Below, piece by piece: positions 23,814-36,216 of a stretch of 39,295 nucleotides of DNA. Position 1 is the stretch's first letter. Every line of letters begins with the position of its first letter. This DNA comes from Malacoraja senta (lineage: Eukaryota): positions 124,001 through 163,295 of the forward strand of contig JAXLNO010000136.1 in assembly GCA_038087875.1 (NCBI GenBank), read 5' to 3'. The notes under the pieces are model-generated. The model had not been told where the DNA came from and did no database searches. It saw only the letters and a program-made list of their open reading frames with translations. The position numbers and the translations under genes were made by a program.

Positions 23814-26800
23814 ATGCAAGATGTTAATATGACAAGAGGGGGTCAGGGAATAACATTTTGTAGTTGGAATGTCAAGGGAATCAATGAACCAATTAAGAGA
23901 GGTAAAGTTTTGGCACATCTAAATTCAATCAAAACAGATATAATATTCCTTCAAGAAACACACCTTAAAAAGGAATCTCAACATAGACTTAAAGCTAAGT
24001 GGATCGCTGAATCATATCATTCCTCTTTTTCCCCATAAGTCCAGTGGAGTTGCAGTATTAATTCGTAAAGGAATACCTTTTACGAATTCATCAACAATAG
24101 CGGATATTGATGGTAGATATATTATATTAGTTGGAGAGTTGAATGGAGAAAAAGTGATTCTTCTTAATGTATTATGGGCCTAATTTTGATAATCCCTATG
24201 TTTTTTAATAAAACATTTAATAAAATTCCTGAATTTACACAATATAAATTAATAATTGAAGGAGACTTCAATTGTACATTATACTTAGATAATCAAGGCA
24301 AAAAAAAGTAAAATCTCAATCAAGTGTATTTTTAAATTCATTTATTAATACCAGTAATATTAAGGATGTCTGGAGAATTGAAATCCAACTGGACGGGAAT
24401 ATTCATTTTACTCACCAGTACATAAAACATACTCAAGAATAGATTATTTTTAGTTGACTCCACGTTTATCCCATTTACTTATAACTCAAAATACCATAAT
24501 ATTATAATCTCAGATCACGCACCTGTAACATTCATGATTTAAATTAAATGGAATGTCCGAGAAACAAACATATTGGAGATTTAACCCACAAATTTTGAAC
24601 GAAAGATCAAGCCAGGAATATATTACTAAACACATTCAAATATATTTTGAGGTAAATGACAACCCTGATACACATACTTCTCTTATGTGGGAAACGTTTA
24701 AAGCGTTTGTTCGAGGTGCATTAATTTCTGCTCAAGTATTTTATAATAAAGAGAACGGGATTAAACAACAAACATTGGAAAGTGAAATCAAGCAACTAAA
24801 TATAGAAAATGCGAGAATGCCATCTATTTTAAAACATAATAAAATTGCTGTATTGAAATATAAATTAAACAAAATGTATCCAGAACAAGTAATAAAACGT
24901 TATCAAAAAACCAAACAATTACATTTTGAATTTGGAGACAAACCACAAAAACTATTAGCACGTCAGTTACGAAAAATGGAAGGGGAAAAAATAATTCATA
25001 AAATTAGAACAGAGACAGGAGAATTATTAAAAATGCCCAAGGATATAAATGAAACATTTCTCCAATACTATCATAATCTTTATTCAACTAAAACTGTAGT
25101 ACAACCAGAAGGAATAGCAGATGTTTTACTTAAATGTAATTTAAAAGGTTTAGATTCAAACGATAGAGAATTATTAGAAAGGGAGATTACGATAAAGGAT
25201 ATTGAGGAGTCTATTGGCTCTTTAAAAAATGGTAAAGCAGTAGGACCAGATGGTTTAGGCTCTGAATTTTATTAAAACATTTATGACTTACTCTCCCCAC
25301 GTTTACAAAGGCTGTATGAGCATATCTATACTCAACAGAAACTTCCAGATACTTTAAATAAATCTATAATAACACTTATTCCTAAAGTTGATAAAGATCC
25401 GGAAGATCCGGGATCATATAGAGCAATTGCACTTTTAAATACAGATCAGAAAATATTAACTAAAATACTGGCGCATAGATTAAGTACAGTGATGAATAAA
25501 TTAATACACCCTGACCAAACAGTCTTTATTCAGAAACGATACTCATATTATAATCTAAGAAGATTATTTAATATTATTTATTCTAAGAGAATTATTAATG
25601 AAGATCTAGCAATAATCTCACTTGACGCTGAAAAAGCATTTGATCAGGTTGAATGGTCTTATTTATTTTCGGTGATGGAAAATATGCAGCTAGGGGAGAA
25701 ATTCTGCACATGGATAAAACGGTTATATACAAACCCTACGGCTAGAATATTAACAAACCAAAGGTTGTCATCTAAATTCAGCCTAACTAGAGGTTGTAGA
25801 CAAGGATGCCCGTTATCTCCATTATTCTTTGCGCTTGCTATTGAGCCACTCGCAGAAATAGTTAGGGGTCATCCGGAAATACATGGGTATATCACAAAGG
25901 ACACAGTGAATAAAATTTCTCTATACGCAGATGATGTACTAATTTACATTACAAAACCAGAAATTAGTATTCCAAACTTATTAAAGCTAATAACCCAATT
26001 TGGTTCACTCTCAGGATACAGAATAAATTGGAATAAAAGTGAAATTATGCCAATAAGGGAACATAACAAACAGATAATACAACAATTTCCATTTAAAATA
26101 GTAAATGAAAAATTAAATACCTAGGTATTTATGTAACTAAGATATATACATCATTATTTAAAGCAAATTTCCCCCCATTACTGAACAAACTACATAAGAA
26201 TATTCAATACTGGAAAACACTTCCTATCTCAATGGTTGGCAAAATTAATGCCATAAAAATGATTTTAATTACCGCAAATATTATACCTTTTTCAGACAAT
26301 TCCGATATATTTGTCATAAAACTTTTTTAAAAAATTGGATTCCATTGTTAATGATTGTATCTGGGATTATAAGAATCATAGGATAAACAAAAGACATTTG
26401 TGTATATCAAAAATAAATGGAGGCTTGGTTTTACCCAACTTTCTGTTTTATTTTTGGGCAGTTAATATTAAAAGTATGAATTTCTGGTTGGAAGAAATAG
26501 ATCAACCAGATTGGTTAAAAATGGAAAAGGAAGATTGTTTACCTTTTGATATCGGCTCGATATTATTTGCTACGTCTAAATTAAACAAAAAAATGTATAG
26601 GGAAAACCCTATAATATTTAGTGCTATACGAATTTGGAAACAATTAAAAAAGGCATTAAAATTAGATAATCTATCACTTTTTCTTCCAATTGTGAATAAC
26701 CCTTTGTTTAAGCCCTCATGGTTGGACAGGCGTTTTACACAATGGAAGAATTATGGAATTAAAAATATGGGACAAATTTACAAGGAAGGCACTTTTCTGA

Positions 26801-27618
26801 CATTTTAGGAGTTGCAACAGACTTATGGACTCCGAGGAAATGATTATTTCAGATATCGTCAACTCAGAGATTATGTAAAATCGAATACTCAAAATTTTCG
26901 AATTAGAAATTCAGAAATTCTTGACGAATGTTGGAATAAACATCCTAATACAGAAAAATTAATATCTTATATATATAATATCTTATTAGACAGTGACATT
27001 CCATCGACGGACTTACACAGACAAACATGGGAAAAAAAATTAAATCAAATAATAACGAAAGATACTTGGGAAATAAGTTTACAACACATACATCAATGTT
27101 CATTAAATGCCAGACATTCTTTAATACAATTTAAAGTAATACATAGGTTACATTATTCAAAAACAAAATTACATAAAATCTTTCAACATATCTCATCTAT
27201 ATGTAAAAAATGTCAACATTTAGAAGCTACCTTATCTCATATGTTTGCAAACTGTATAAAAATTAAAAAATACTGGGTAAATATTTTTAGTATAATATCT
27301 AAAGTGACCAGCACACAATTGGACCCGGATCCAAAATTAATAATACTCGGAACATTAGAATTAAATCAAACATTTACAACAACACAAAGAAACGTTATTG
27401 ATTATAGTATAATAACAGGAAAAAAAATAATTCTAAAATTTTGGAAAGGCCCTATAACCCCCACAATCAAAATGTGGATTATAGAAATGACGGAGACCTT
27501 AAACGTGGAAAGAATCAGATTGTCCCTGTTGGACGAACAGGAATTATTCGTTGGAACATGATCTCCCTTTATTGATTATTTAAAGGGTCAGAATGGTTCA
27601 GCACAGGAACCTGACTAA
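23814..27618 (+). pseudogene. L1 ORF2p (APE endonuclease, reverse transcriptase, CCHC), disrupted
   Basis: EN motifs SWNVKG, LQETH, GDFN, SRIDY, SDH. RT motifs GPDG, LDAEKAFD, RGCRQGCPLSP, LYADD. C-x2-C-x8-H-x4-C near the C-terminus. Premature stops at 25273, 26806 and 27559 plus frameshifts. Read-through of 27559 gives SPFIDYL and a stop at 27616-27618. Confidence 0.96.
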
Positions 27619-27995
27619 CACTCGGGCTAAAGAATGGATGAAATGCCATACTCTGAAATGTACGAATATATCTCGAATGAAGTTGTTTTATTTTAATAAA
27701 TGCTTCCATTCTTCTTTAACTATCTTTCTCTTTTGTTTTTTTATTTTATTTTATTTTTGTTTTTATTTTTATTTTATTTTTAAATTTCACTTTTTCTCTT
27801 TTTTCTTCTCTCTCTTTTCTTTCTTTACTTTACTTTATCTATCTTTTTAGTCCTATCTAGTTTTTTTTTTTAAAGGCAAAAGGTATTGGAGACAATGTAA
27901 TAATAATTGACAATATTATCAATTCAAAAATGTAAGACTGTAATGATGTTAATAGGTTGTGTACTTATCTCCAATAAAAAATATTTTCAAAAAAA

Positions 27996-29125
27996 GAGTT
28001 GTTTAGAGGGGTTTACACGGGTTTAGAGGGGTTTCGGTGAGTTTACCGGGGGTTTGAGGGGTTTACAGGCGTTTACATGTGTTCAGAGAGGTTTAGAGAG
28101 GTTTACAGTGGTTTAGCGGGGTTTAGAGTGGTTTACAGGGGTTTCAGGGGTTTACAGGTGTTTAGTGGGGTTTAGAAGGGTTTAGAGGGGTTAAGAGTGG
28201 AGTGGTTTAGAGGGGTTTATAGGTATTTATAGGGGGTTACAGGGGTTTACAGAGGTTTAGAGGGGTGTGCATGTGTTTAAAGGGTTTTAGACGAGTGTAT
28301 AGGGGTTTAGAGTAATCTGGAGGGGGTTAGATAGGTTTAGAAGGGTTTAGAGGGGTTTAGATGTGTGTATAGGCGTTTAGATGGGTGTAGAGTGGTTTAG
28401 AGTGGTTTAGAGGGGTTTACATGGCTTTAGATTTGTTTAGGGTAGTTTACTGGGGTTTAGAGGGGTTTCGACTGGTGAACAGGGGGTTATTGGGGGTTAG
28501 ATGGGTTTAGATGCGTTTACAGAGGTTTACATGGGTTCAGAGGGCGTTACATGCGTTTAGAGTGGATTAGAACGGTTTAGAGGGATTTACAGGGGTTTAC
28601 ATGGTGTTTGCAGGGCTTTAGAGGGGTTTAGGGTGGGTTAGAGGGGCTTAGATGGGTTTAGAGGGGTTTAGAGGGTAATTACATGGGTTTAGAGGGGTTT
28701 AGAGGAGTTTAGCGGGGTTTTCATAGGTTTCAAGGTGTTTAGGGGGGTTTACAGGGGGTTAGAGGCGTTCACAGGGGTTAAGAGGTGGTTATACTTGCTT
28801 AGAGGGGCTTACAGGGTTTACAGGGGTTTAGAGATGTTTAGATGGGTTTAGAGGAGTTTACAGGGGTTTAGAGAGGTTTAGAGAGGATTACATGAGTTTA
28901 CATGTGTTTAGAGGGGTTTGGATCGGTTTTTAGTGGTTTAGAAGGGTGTACATGGGTTTAGGTTTAGAGGGTTTTATACGGGTCTAAGGGAGTTTAGGGG
29001 ATTTAGAGGGATTTAGAGGGGTTTACGGTGGTTTACAGGGGTTTACAAGGCTTAACAGGTGTTTAGTGAGGTTCAGATGAGTTTACAGGAGTATAGAGAG
29101 GTTTAGAGGGTTTTAGAGGTCGGGT
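27996..29125 (+). repeat. 10-bp G-rich repeat array (GGGGTTTASA)n, right of L1 copy 1
   Basis: About 1.1 kb with 10-bp period. Confidence 0.95.
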
Positions 29126-29148
29126 TTTATTGCCATATACTCTAGCAG

Positions 29149-29479
29149 AGAAACATAGAAAATAGGTGTAGCAATAGTCATTCGAGCCAGCACTGCCATT
29201 CAATAATGTTCATGGCTGTTCATCTAAAATCTGTACCTCTCTCCTGTTTTTTCCTATATCCCTTGATTTCGCTAGCTCCAAGAGCTAAATGTAACTCTCT
29301 CTTGAAAACATCCAGTGGATTGGCCTCCACTGCCTTCTGTGGGAGAGAATTCCACAGATTCACAATTCTCTGCTAGAAGAAAGTTTGTCCTCATCTCAGT
29401 CCTAACTGGCCTACCCTTTATTATTAAACTGTGACCCCTGGCTCTGAACTGCCCCAACATCGGGAAAATTTTTCCTGCA
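29149..29479 (-). mobile_element. CR1 LINE 3'-terminal fragment (ORF2 C-terminus, 3' UTR, tail)
   Basis: Minus strand encodes AGKIFPMLGQFRARGHSLIIKGRPVRTEMRTNF, matching the CR1 ORF2 terminal motif TRGHSL.IKG. Ends in a TTCTATGTTTCT octamer-type tail. Confidence 0.88.
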
Positions 29480-29573
29480 GTTAGTGCAAGTGAAAATCTA
29501 GCAGGCAAGCAAAATGCTTTCTCCAACCACTCACATTTGAAGGCCACTATCTTCCACCGTTTCTACCCAATGA

Positions 29574-29743
29574 CAAGATGGCGGCGCCTCGCGCCAGCGG
29601 CATCTGCAGTCCGTCTGTCTTTTTTTTCTTTTTGTCATGTTAGGTGGATGTCTTCGTTTTAGTTTTAGAAACATTTTAATCTCTTCCCTGTACGGGGACC
29701 CGATTTTTCCTTGTCGAGTCTCCGTTGTCGTTGGGCCTAACAC
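29574..29743 (+). mobile_element. 5' 170 bp of element B, truncated by the duplication breakpoint
   Basis: Matches 36217-36386 and stops at ...GGGCCTAACAC. Confidence 0.85.
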
Positions 29744-29975
29744 GTATGTAACTCATTTCTGGTTAACGTAGAAATGAGTTACATACTTATATTCTATAGG
29801 AAGATATGCAAGAGGTAATTCAGCCTACGTCATAATAAGGTTTGACGGTTTTTCTCTTTATTTTTCAATTTAAAATTAAATTTATATATTTAGCGAAGAT
29901 ATTAATATGATACGTAGAGAATAATAACGTCGTGAATTTACGCTGTTTTCGGACTTTTCTGCAGGGATACGTGCT

Positions 29976-29993
29976 TATGTATGTATGCATATG

Positions 29994-30053
<60 letters not shown>

Positions 30054-30085
30054 TGTGTGTGTGTATGTATGGGTATATATATATG
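29976..30085. repeat. Compound microsatellite, longer allele
   Basis: TA run 43 nt (29996-30038) versus 13 nt in copy 1. Confidence 0.92.
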
Positions 30086-30460
30086 TTTGCTACCCCCAAA
30101 GAAGTTATTTGATTGTCAGAAATAATCTTTTTTTCTTTCGGGCACGCAGCTGGGAATTTGTTTTTACAAAGGCTACGGAAGTCTTCAGAATTCTAGCCAC
30201 GTTAGTGTGGCTATCACTAACTACACTAATTGTAGATGTAGTTTTTTTTCTTTCACCCTATACTAACCAATTCTATCACTTTTTTCACTTTAAATATTTT
30301 TATAACTTAATGTTTGAATGGGAAAACAAGACTAATACAAGGAGATGTGTTCGGAAGAGCGATGTATATGATTTTAAATTCATCTATTTGAGGTTCGGGA
30401 GCAGGGTCAGGTTTTATGTGTTGCACCTTCTCCTCGGTTATAGACCACCTTAGAAACAAT

Positions 30461-33400
30461 ATGCAAGATGTTAATATGACAAGAGGGGGTCAGGGAATAA
30501 CATTTTGTAGTTGGAATGTCAAGGGAATCAATGAACCAATTAAGAGAGGTAAAGTTTTGGCACATCTAAATTCAATCAAAACAGATATAATATTCCTTCA
30601 AGAAACACACCTTAAAAAGGAATCTCAACATAGACTTAAAGCTAAGTGGATCGCTGAATCATATCATTCCTCTTTTTCCCATAAGTCCAGTGGAGTTGCA
30701 GTATTAATTCGTAAAGGAATACCTTTTACGAATTCATCAACAATAGCGGATATTGATGGTAGATATATTATATTAGTTGGAGAGTTGAATGGAGAAAAAG
30801 TGATTCTTCTTAATGTATATGGGCCTAATTTTGATAATCCTATGTTTTTTAATAAAACATTTAATAAAATTCCTGAATTTACACAATATAAATTAATAAT
30901 TGAAGGAGACTTCAATTGTACATTATACTTAGATAATCAAGGCAAAAAAAAGTAAAATCTCAATCAAGTGTATTTTTAAATTCATTTATTAATACCAGTA
31001 ATATTAAGGATGTCTGGAGAATTGAAAATCCAACTGGACGGGAATATTCATTTTACTCACCAGTACATAAAACATACTCAAGAATAGATTATTTTTTAGT
31101 TGACTCCACGTTTATCCCATTTACTTATAACTCAAAATACCATAATATTATAATCTCAGATCACGCACCTGTAACATTCATGATTAAATTAAATGGAATG
31201 TCCGAGAAACAAACATATTGGAGATTTAACCCACAAATTTTGAACGAAAGATCAAGCCAGGAATATATTACTAAACACATTCAAATATATTTTGAGGTAA
31301 ATGACAACCCTGATACACATACTTCTCTTATGTGGGAAACGTTTAAAGCGTTTGTTCGAGGTGCATTAATTTCTGCTCAAGTATTTTATAATAAAGAGAA
31401 CGGGATTAAACAACAAACATTGGAAAGTGAAATCAAGCAACTAAATATAGAAAATGCGAGAATGCCATCTATTTTAAAACATAATAAAATTGCTGTATTG
31501 AAATATAAATTAAACAAAATGTATCCAGAACAAGTAATAAAACGTTATCAAAAAACCAAACAATTACATTTTGAATTTGGAGACAAACCACAAAAACTAT
31601 TAGCACGTCAGTTACGAAAAATGGAAGGGGAAAAAATAATTCATAAAATTAGAACAGAGACAGGAGAATTATTAAAAATGCCCAAGGATATAAATGAAAC
31701 ATTTCTCCAATACTATCATAATCTTTATTCAACTAAAACTGTAGTACAACCAGAAGGAATAGCAGATGTTTTACTTAAATGTAATTTAAAAGGTTTAGAT
31801 TCAAACGATAGAGAATTATTAGAAAGGGAGATTACGATAAAGGATATTGAGGAGTCTATTGGCTCTTTAAAAAATGGTAAAGCAGTAGGACCAGATGGTT
31901 TAGGCTCTGAATTTTATTAAAACATTTATGACTTACTCTCCCCACGTTTACAAAGGCTGTATGAGCATATCTATACTCAACAGAAACTTCCAGATACTTT
32001 AAATAAATCTATAATAACACTTATTCCTAAAGTTGATAAAGATCCGGAAGATCCGGGATCATATAGAGCAATTGCACTTTTAAATACAGATCAGAAAATA
32101 TTAACTAAAATACTGGCGCATAGATTAAGTACAGTGATGAATAAATTAATACACCCTGACCAAACAGTCTTTATTCAGAAACGATACTCATATTATAATC
32201 TAAGAAGATTATTTAATATTATTTATTCTAAGAGAATTATTAATGAAGATCTAGCAATAATCTCACTTGACGCTGAAAAAGCATTTGATCAGGTTGAATG
32301 GTCTTATTTATTTTCGGTGATGGAAAATATGCAGCTAGGGGAGAAATTCTGCACATGGATAAAACGGTTATATACAAACCCTACGGCTAGAATATTAACA
32401 AACCAAAGGTTGTCATCTAAATTCAGCCTAACTAGAGGTTGTAGACAAGGATGCCCGTTATCTCCATTATTCTTTGCGCTTGCTATTGAGCCACTCGCAG
32501 AAATAGTTAGGGGTCATCCGGAAATACATGGGTATATCACAAAGGACACAGTGAATAAAATTTCTCTATACGCAGATGATGTACTAATTTACATTACAAA
32601 ACCAGAAATTAGTATTCCAAACTTATTAAAGCTAATAACCCAATTTGGTTCACTCTCAGGATACAGAATAAATTGGAATAAAAGTGAAATTATGCCAATA
32701 AGGGAACATAACAAACAGATAATACAACAATTTCCATTTAAAATAGTAAATGAAAAATTAAATACCTAGGTATTTATGTAACTAAGATATATACATCATT
32801 ATTTAAAGCAAATTTCCCCCCATTACTGAACAAACTACATAAGAATATTCAATACTGGAAAACACTTCCTATCTCAATGGTTGGCAAAATTAATGCCATA
32901 AAAATGATTTTAATTACCGCAAATATTATACCTTTTTCAGACAATTCCGATATATTTGTCATAAAACTTTAAAAAAAAATTGGATTCCATTGTTAATGAT
33001 TGTATCTGGGATTATAAGAATCATAGGATAAACAAAAGACATTTGTGTATATCAAAAATAAATGGAGGCTTGGTTTTACCCAACTTTCTGTTTTATTTTT
33101 GGGCAGTTAATATTAAAAGTATGAATTTCTGGTTGGAAGAAATAGATCAACCAGATTGGTTAAAAATGGAAAAGGAAGATTGTTTACCTTTTGATATCGG
33201 CTCGATATTATTTGCTACGTCTAAATTAAACAAAAAAATGTATAGGGAAAACCCTATAATATTTAGTGCTATACGAATTTGGAAACAATTAAAAAAGGCA
33301 TTAAAATTAGATAATCTATCACTTTTTCTTCCAATTGTGAATAACCCTTTGTTTAAGCCCTCATGGTTGGACAGGCGTTTTACACAATGGAAGAATTATG

Positions 33401-34263
33401 GAATTAAAAATATGGGACAAATTTACAAGGAAGGCACTTTTCTGACATTTTAGGAGTTGCAACAGACTTATGGACTCCGAGGAAATGATTATTTCAGATA
33501 TCGTCAACTCAGAGATTATGTAAAATCGAATACTCAAAATTTTCGAATTAGAAATTCAGAAATTCTTGACGAATGTTGGAATAAACATCCTAATACAGAA
33601 AAATTAATATCTTATATATATAATATCTTATTAGACAGTGACATTCCATCGACGGACTTACACAGACAAACATGGGAAAAAGAATTAAATCAAATAATAA
33701 CGAAAGATACTTGGGAAGAAAGTTTACAACACATACATCAATGTTCATTAAATGCCAGACATTCTTTAATACAATTTAAAGTAATACATAGGTTACATTA
33801 TTCAAAAACAAAATTACATAAAATCTTTCAACATATCTCATCTATATGTGAAAAATGTCAACATTTAGAAGCTACCTTATCTCATATGTTTGCAAACTGT
33901 ATAAAAATTAAAAAATACTGGGTAAATATTTTTAGTATAATATCTAAAGTGACCAGCACACAATTGGACCCGGATCCAAAATTAATAATACTCGGAACAT
34001 TAGAATTAAATCAAACATTTACAACAACACAAAGAAACGTTATTGATTATAGTATAATAACAGGAAAAAAAATAATTCTAAAATTTTGGAAAGGCCCTAT
34101 AACCCCCACAATCAAAATGTGGATTATAGAAATGACGGAGACCTTAAACGTGGAAAGAATCAGATTGTCCCTGTTGGACGAACAGGAATTATTCGTTGGA
34201 ACATGATCTCCCTTTATTGATTATTTAAAGGGTCAGAATGGTTCAGCACAGGAACCTGACTAA
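30461..34263 (+). pseudogene. L1 ORF2p, copy 2, disrupted
   Basis: Same motifs as copy 1. The EN N-terminus is more continuous (ORF 30416-30955). Shared stops at 31918, 33451 and 34204. Confidence 0.96.
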
Positions 34264-34638
34264 CACTCGGGCTAAAGAATGGATGAAATGCCATACTCTG
34301 AAATGTACGAATATATCTCGAATGAAGTTGTTTTATTTTAATAAATGCTTCCATTCTTCTTTAACTATCTTTCTCTTTTGTTTTTTTATTTTATTTTATT
34401 TTTGTTTTTATTTTTATTTTATTTTTAAATTTCACTTTTTCTCTTTTTTCTTCTCTCTCTTTTCTTTCTTTACTTTACTTTATCTATCTTTTTAGTCCTA
34501 TCTAGTTTTTTTTTAAAGGCAAAAGGTATTGGAGACAATGTAATAATAATTGACAATATTATCAATTCAAAAATGTAAGACTGTAATGATGTTAATAGGT
34601 TGTGTACTTATCTCCAATAAAAAATATTTTCAAAAAAA

Positions 34639-35768
34639 GAGTTGTTTAGAGGGGTTTACACGGGTTTAGAGGGGTTTCGGTGAGTTTACCGGGGGTTTGA
34701 GGGGTTTACAGGCGTTTACATGTGTTCAGAGAGGTTTAGAGAGGTTTACAGTGGTTTAGCGGGGTTTAGAGTGGTTTACAGGGGTTTCAGGGGTTTACAG
34801 GTGTTTAGTGGGGTTTAGAAGGGTTTAGAGGGGTTAAGAGTGGAGTGGTTTAGAGGGGTTTATAGGTATTTATAGGGGGTTACAGGGGTTTACAGAGGTT
34901 TAGAGGGGTGTGCATGTGTTTAAAGGGTTTTAGACGAGTGTATAGGGGTTTAGAGTAATCTGGAGGGGGTTAGATAGGTTTAGAAGGGTTTAGAGGGGTT
35001 TAGATGTGTGTATAGGCGTTTAGATGGGTGTAGAGTGGTTTAGAGTGGTTTAGAGGGGTTTACATGGCTTTAGATTTGTTTAGGGTAGTTTACTGGGGTT
35101 TAGAGGGGTTTCGACTGGTGAACAGGGGGTTATTGGGGGTTAGATGGGTTTAGATGCGTTTACAGAGGTTTACATGGGTTCAGAGGGCGTTACATGCGTT
35201 TAGAGTGGATTAGAACGGTTTAGAGGGATTTACAGGGGTTTACATGGTGTTTGCAGGGCTTTAGAGGGGTTTAGGGTGGGTTAGAGGGGCTTAGATGGGT
35301 TTAGAGGGGTTTAGAGGGTATTTACATGGGTTTAGAGGGGTTTAGAGGAGTTTAGCGGGGTTTTCATAGGTTTCAAGGTGTTTAGGGGGGTTTACAGGGG
35401 GTTAGAGGCGTTCACAGGGGTTAAGAGGTGGTTATACTTGCTTAGAGGGGCTTACAGGGTTTACAGGGGTTTAGAGATGTTTAGATGGGTTTAGAGGAGT
35501 TTACAGGGGTTTAGAGAGGTTTAGAGAGGATTACATGAGTTTACATGTGTTTAGAGGGGTTTGGATCGGTTTTTAGTGGTTTAGAAGGGTGTACATGGGT
35601 TTAGGTTTAGAGGGTTTTATACGGGTCTAAGGGAGTTTAGGGGATTTAGAGGGATTTAGAGGGGTTTACGGTGGTTTACAGGGGTTTACAAGGCTTAACA
35701 GGTGTTTAGTGAGGTTCAGATGAGTTTACAGGAGTATAGAGAGGTTTAGAGGGTTTTAGAGGTCGGGT
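34639..35768 (+). repeat. 10-bp G-rich repeat array, duplicate of 27996-29125
   Basis: Same order of variant monomers. Confidence 0.95.
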
Positions 35769-35791
35769 TTTATTGCCATATACTCTAGCAG

Positions 35792-36122
35792 AGAAACATA
35801 GAAAATAGGTGTAGCAATAGTCATTCGAGCCAGCACTGCCATTCAATAATGTTCATGGCTGTTCATCTAAAATCTGTACCTCTCTCCTGTTTTTTCCTAT
35901 ATCCCTTGATTTCGCTAGCTCCAAGAGCTAAATGTAACTCTCTCTTGAAAACATCCAGTGGATTGGCCTCCACTGCCTTCTGTGGGAGAGAATTCCACAG
36001 ATTCACAATTCTCTGCGTGAAGAAAGTTTGTCCTCATCTCAGTCCTAACTGGCCTACCCTTTATTATTAAACTGTGACCCCTGGCTCTGAACTGCCCCAA
36101 CATCGGGAAAATTTTTCCTGCA
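35792..36122 (-). mobile_element. CR1 3'-terminal fragment, duplicate of 29149-29479
   Basis: RARGHSLIIKGRPVRTEMR and the TTCTATGTTTCT tail on the minus strand. Confidence 0.88.
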
Positions 36123-36216
36123 GTTAGTGCAAGTGAAAATCTAGCAGGCAAGCAAAATGCTTTCTCCAACCACTCACATTTGAAGGCCACTATCTTCCAC
36201 CGTTTCTACCCAATGA

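Larger units (their letters stand above)
21650..27995 (+). mobile_element. Full-length inactivated L1-clade LINE (about 6.35 kb)
   Basis: Starts GGGGGACTTCCG; short GC-rich 5' UTR; ORF1; about 1-kb inter-ORF; EN-RT-CCHC ORF2; T-rich 3' UTR; AATAAA 27973-27978; short A tail to 27995. Candidate TSD AGAGGTGTTTAGA (21637-21649) / AGAGTTGTTTAGA (27995-28007). Confidence 0.95.
29758..34638 (+). mobile_element. Second L1 copy, lacking 5' UTR and ORF1; product of the duplication
   Basis: Begins at the equivalent of 23148. Same 3' flank and same disabling mutations as copy 1. Confidence 0.95.

Noticed and set aside
27593..27850. Phe-rich ORF after ORF2 (also 34238-34495) and Y/I/V-rich ORFs at 23375 and 29932
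   Set aside because: Translations of the T-rich 3' UTR and the TA microsatellite.
27996..29125. True telomere tract
   Set aside because: The unit is a degenerate 10-mer with only sporadic TTAGGG, and the tract is internal.
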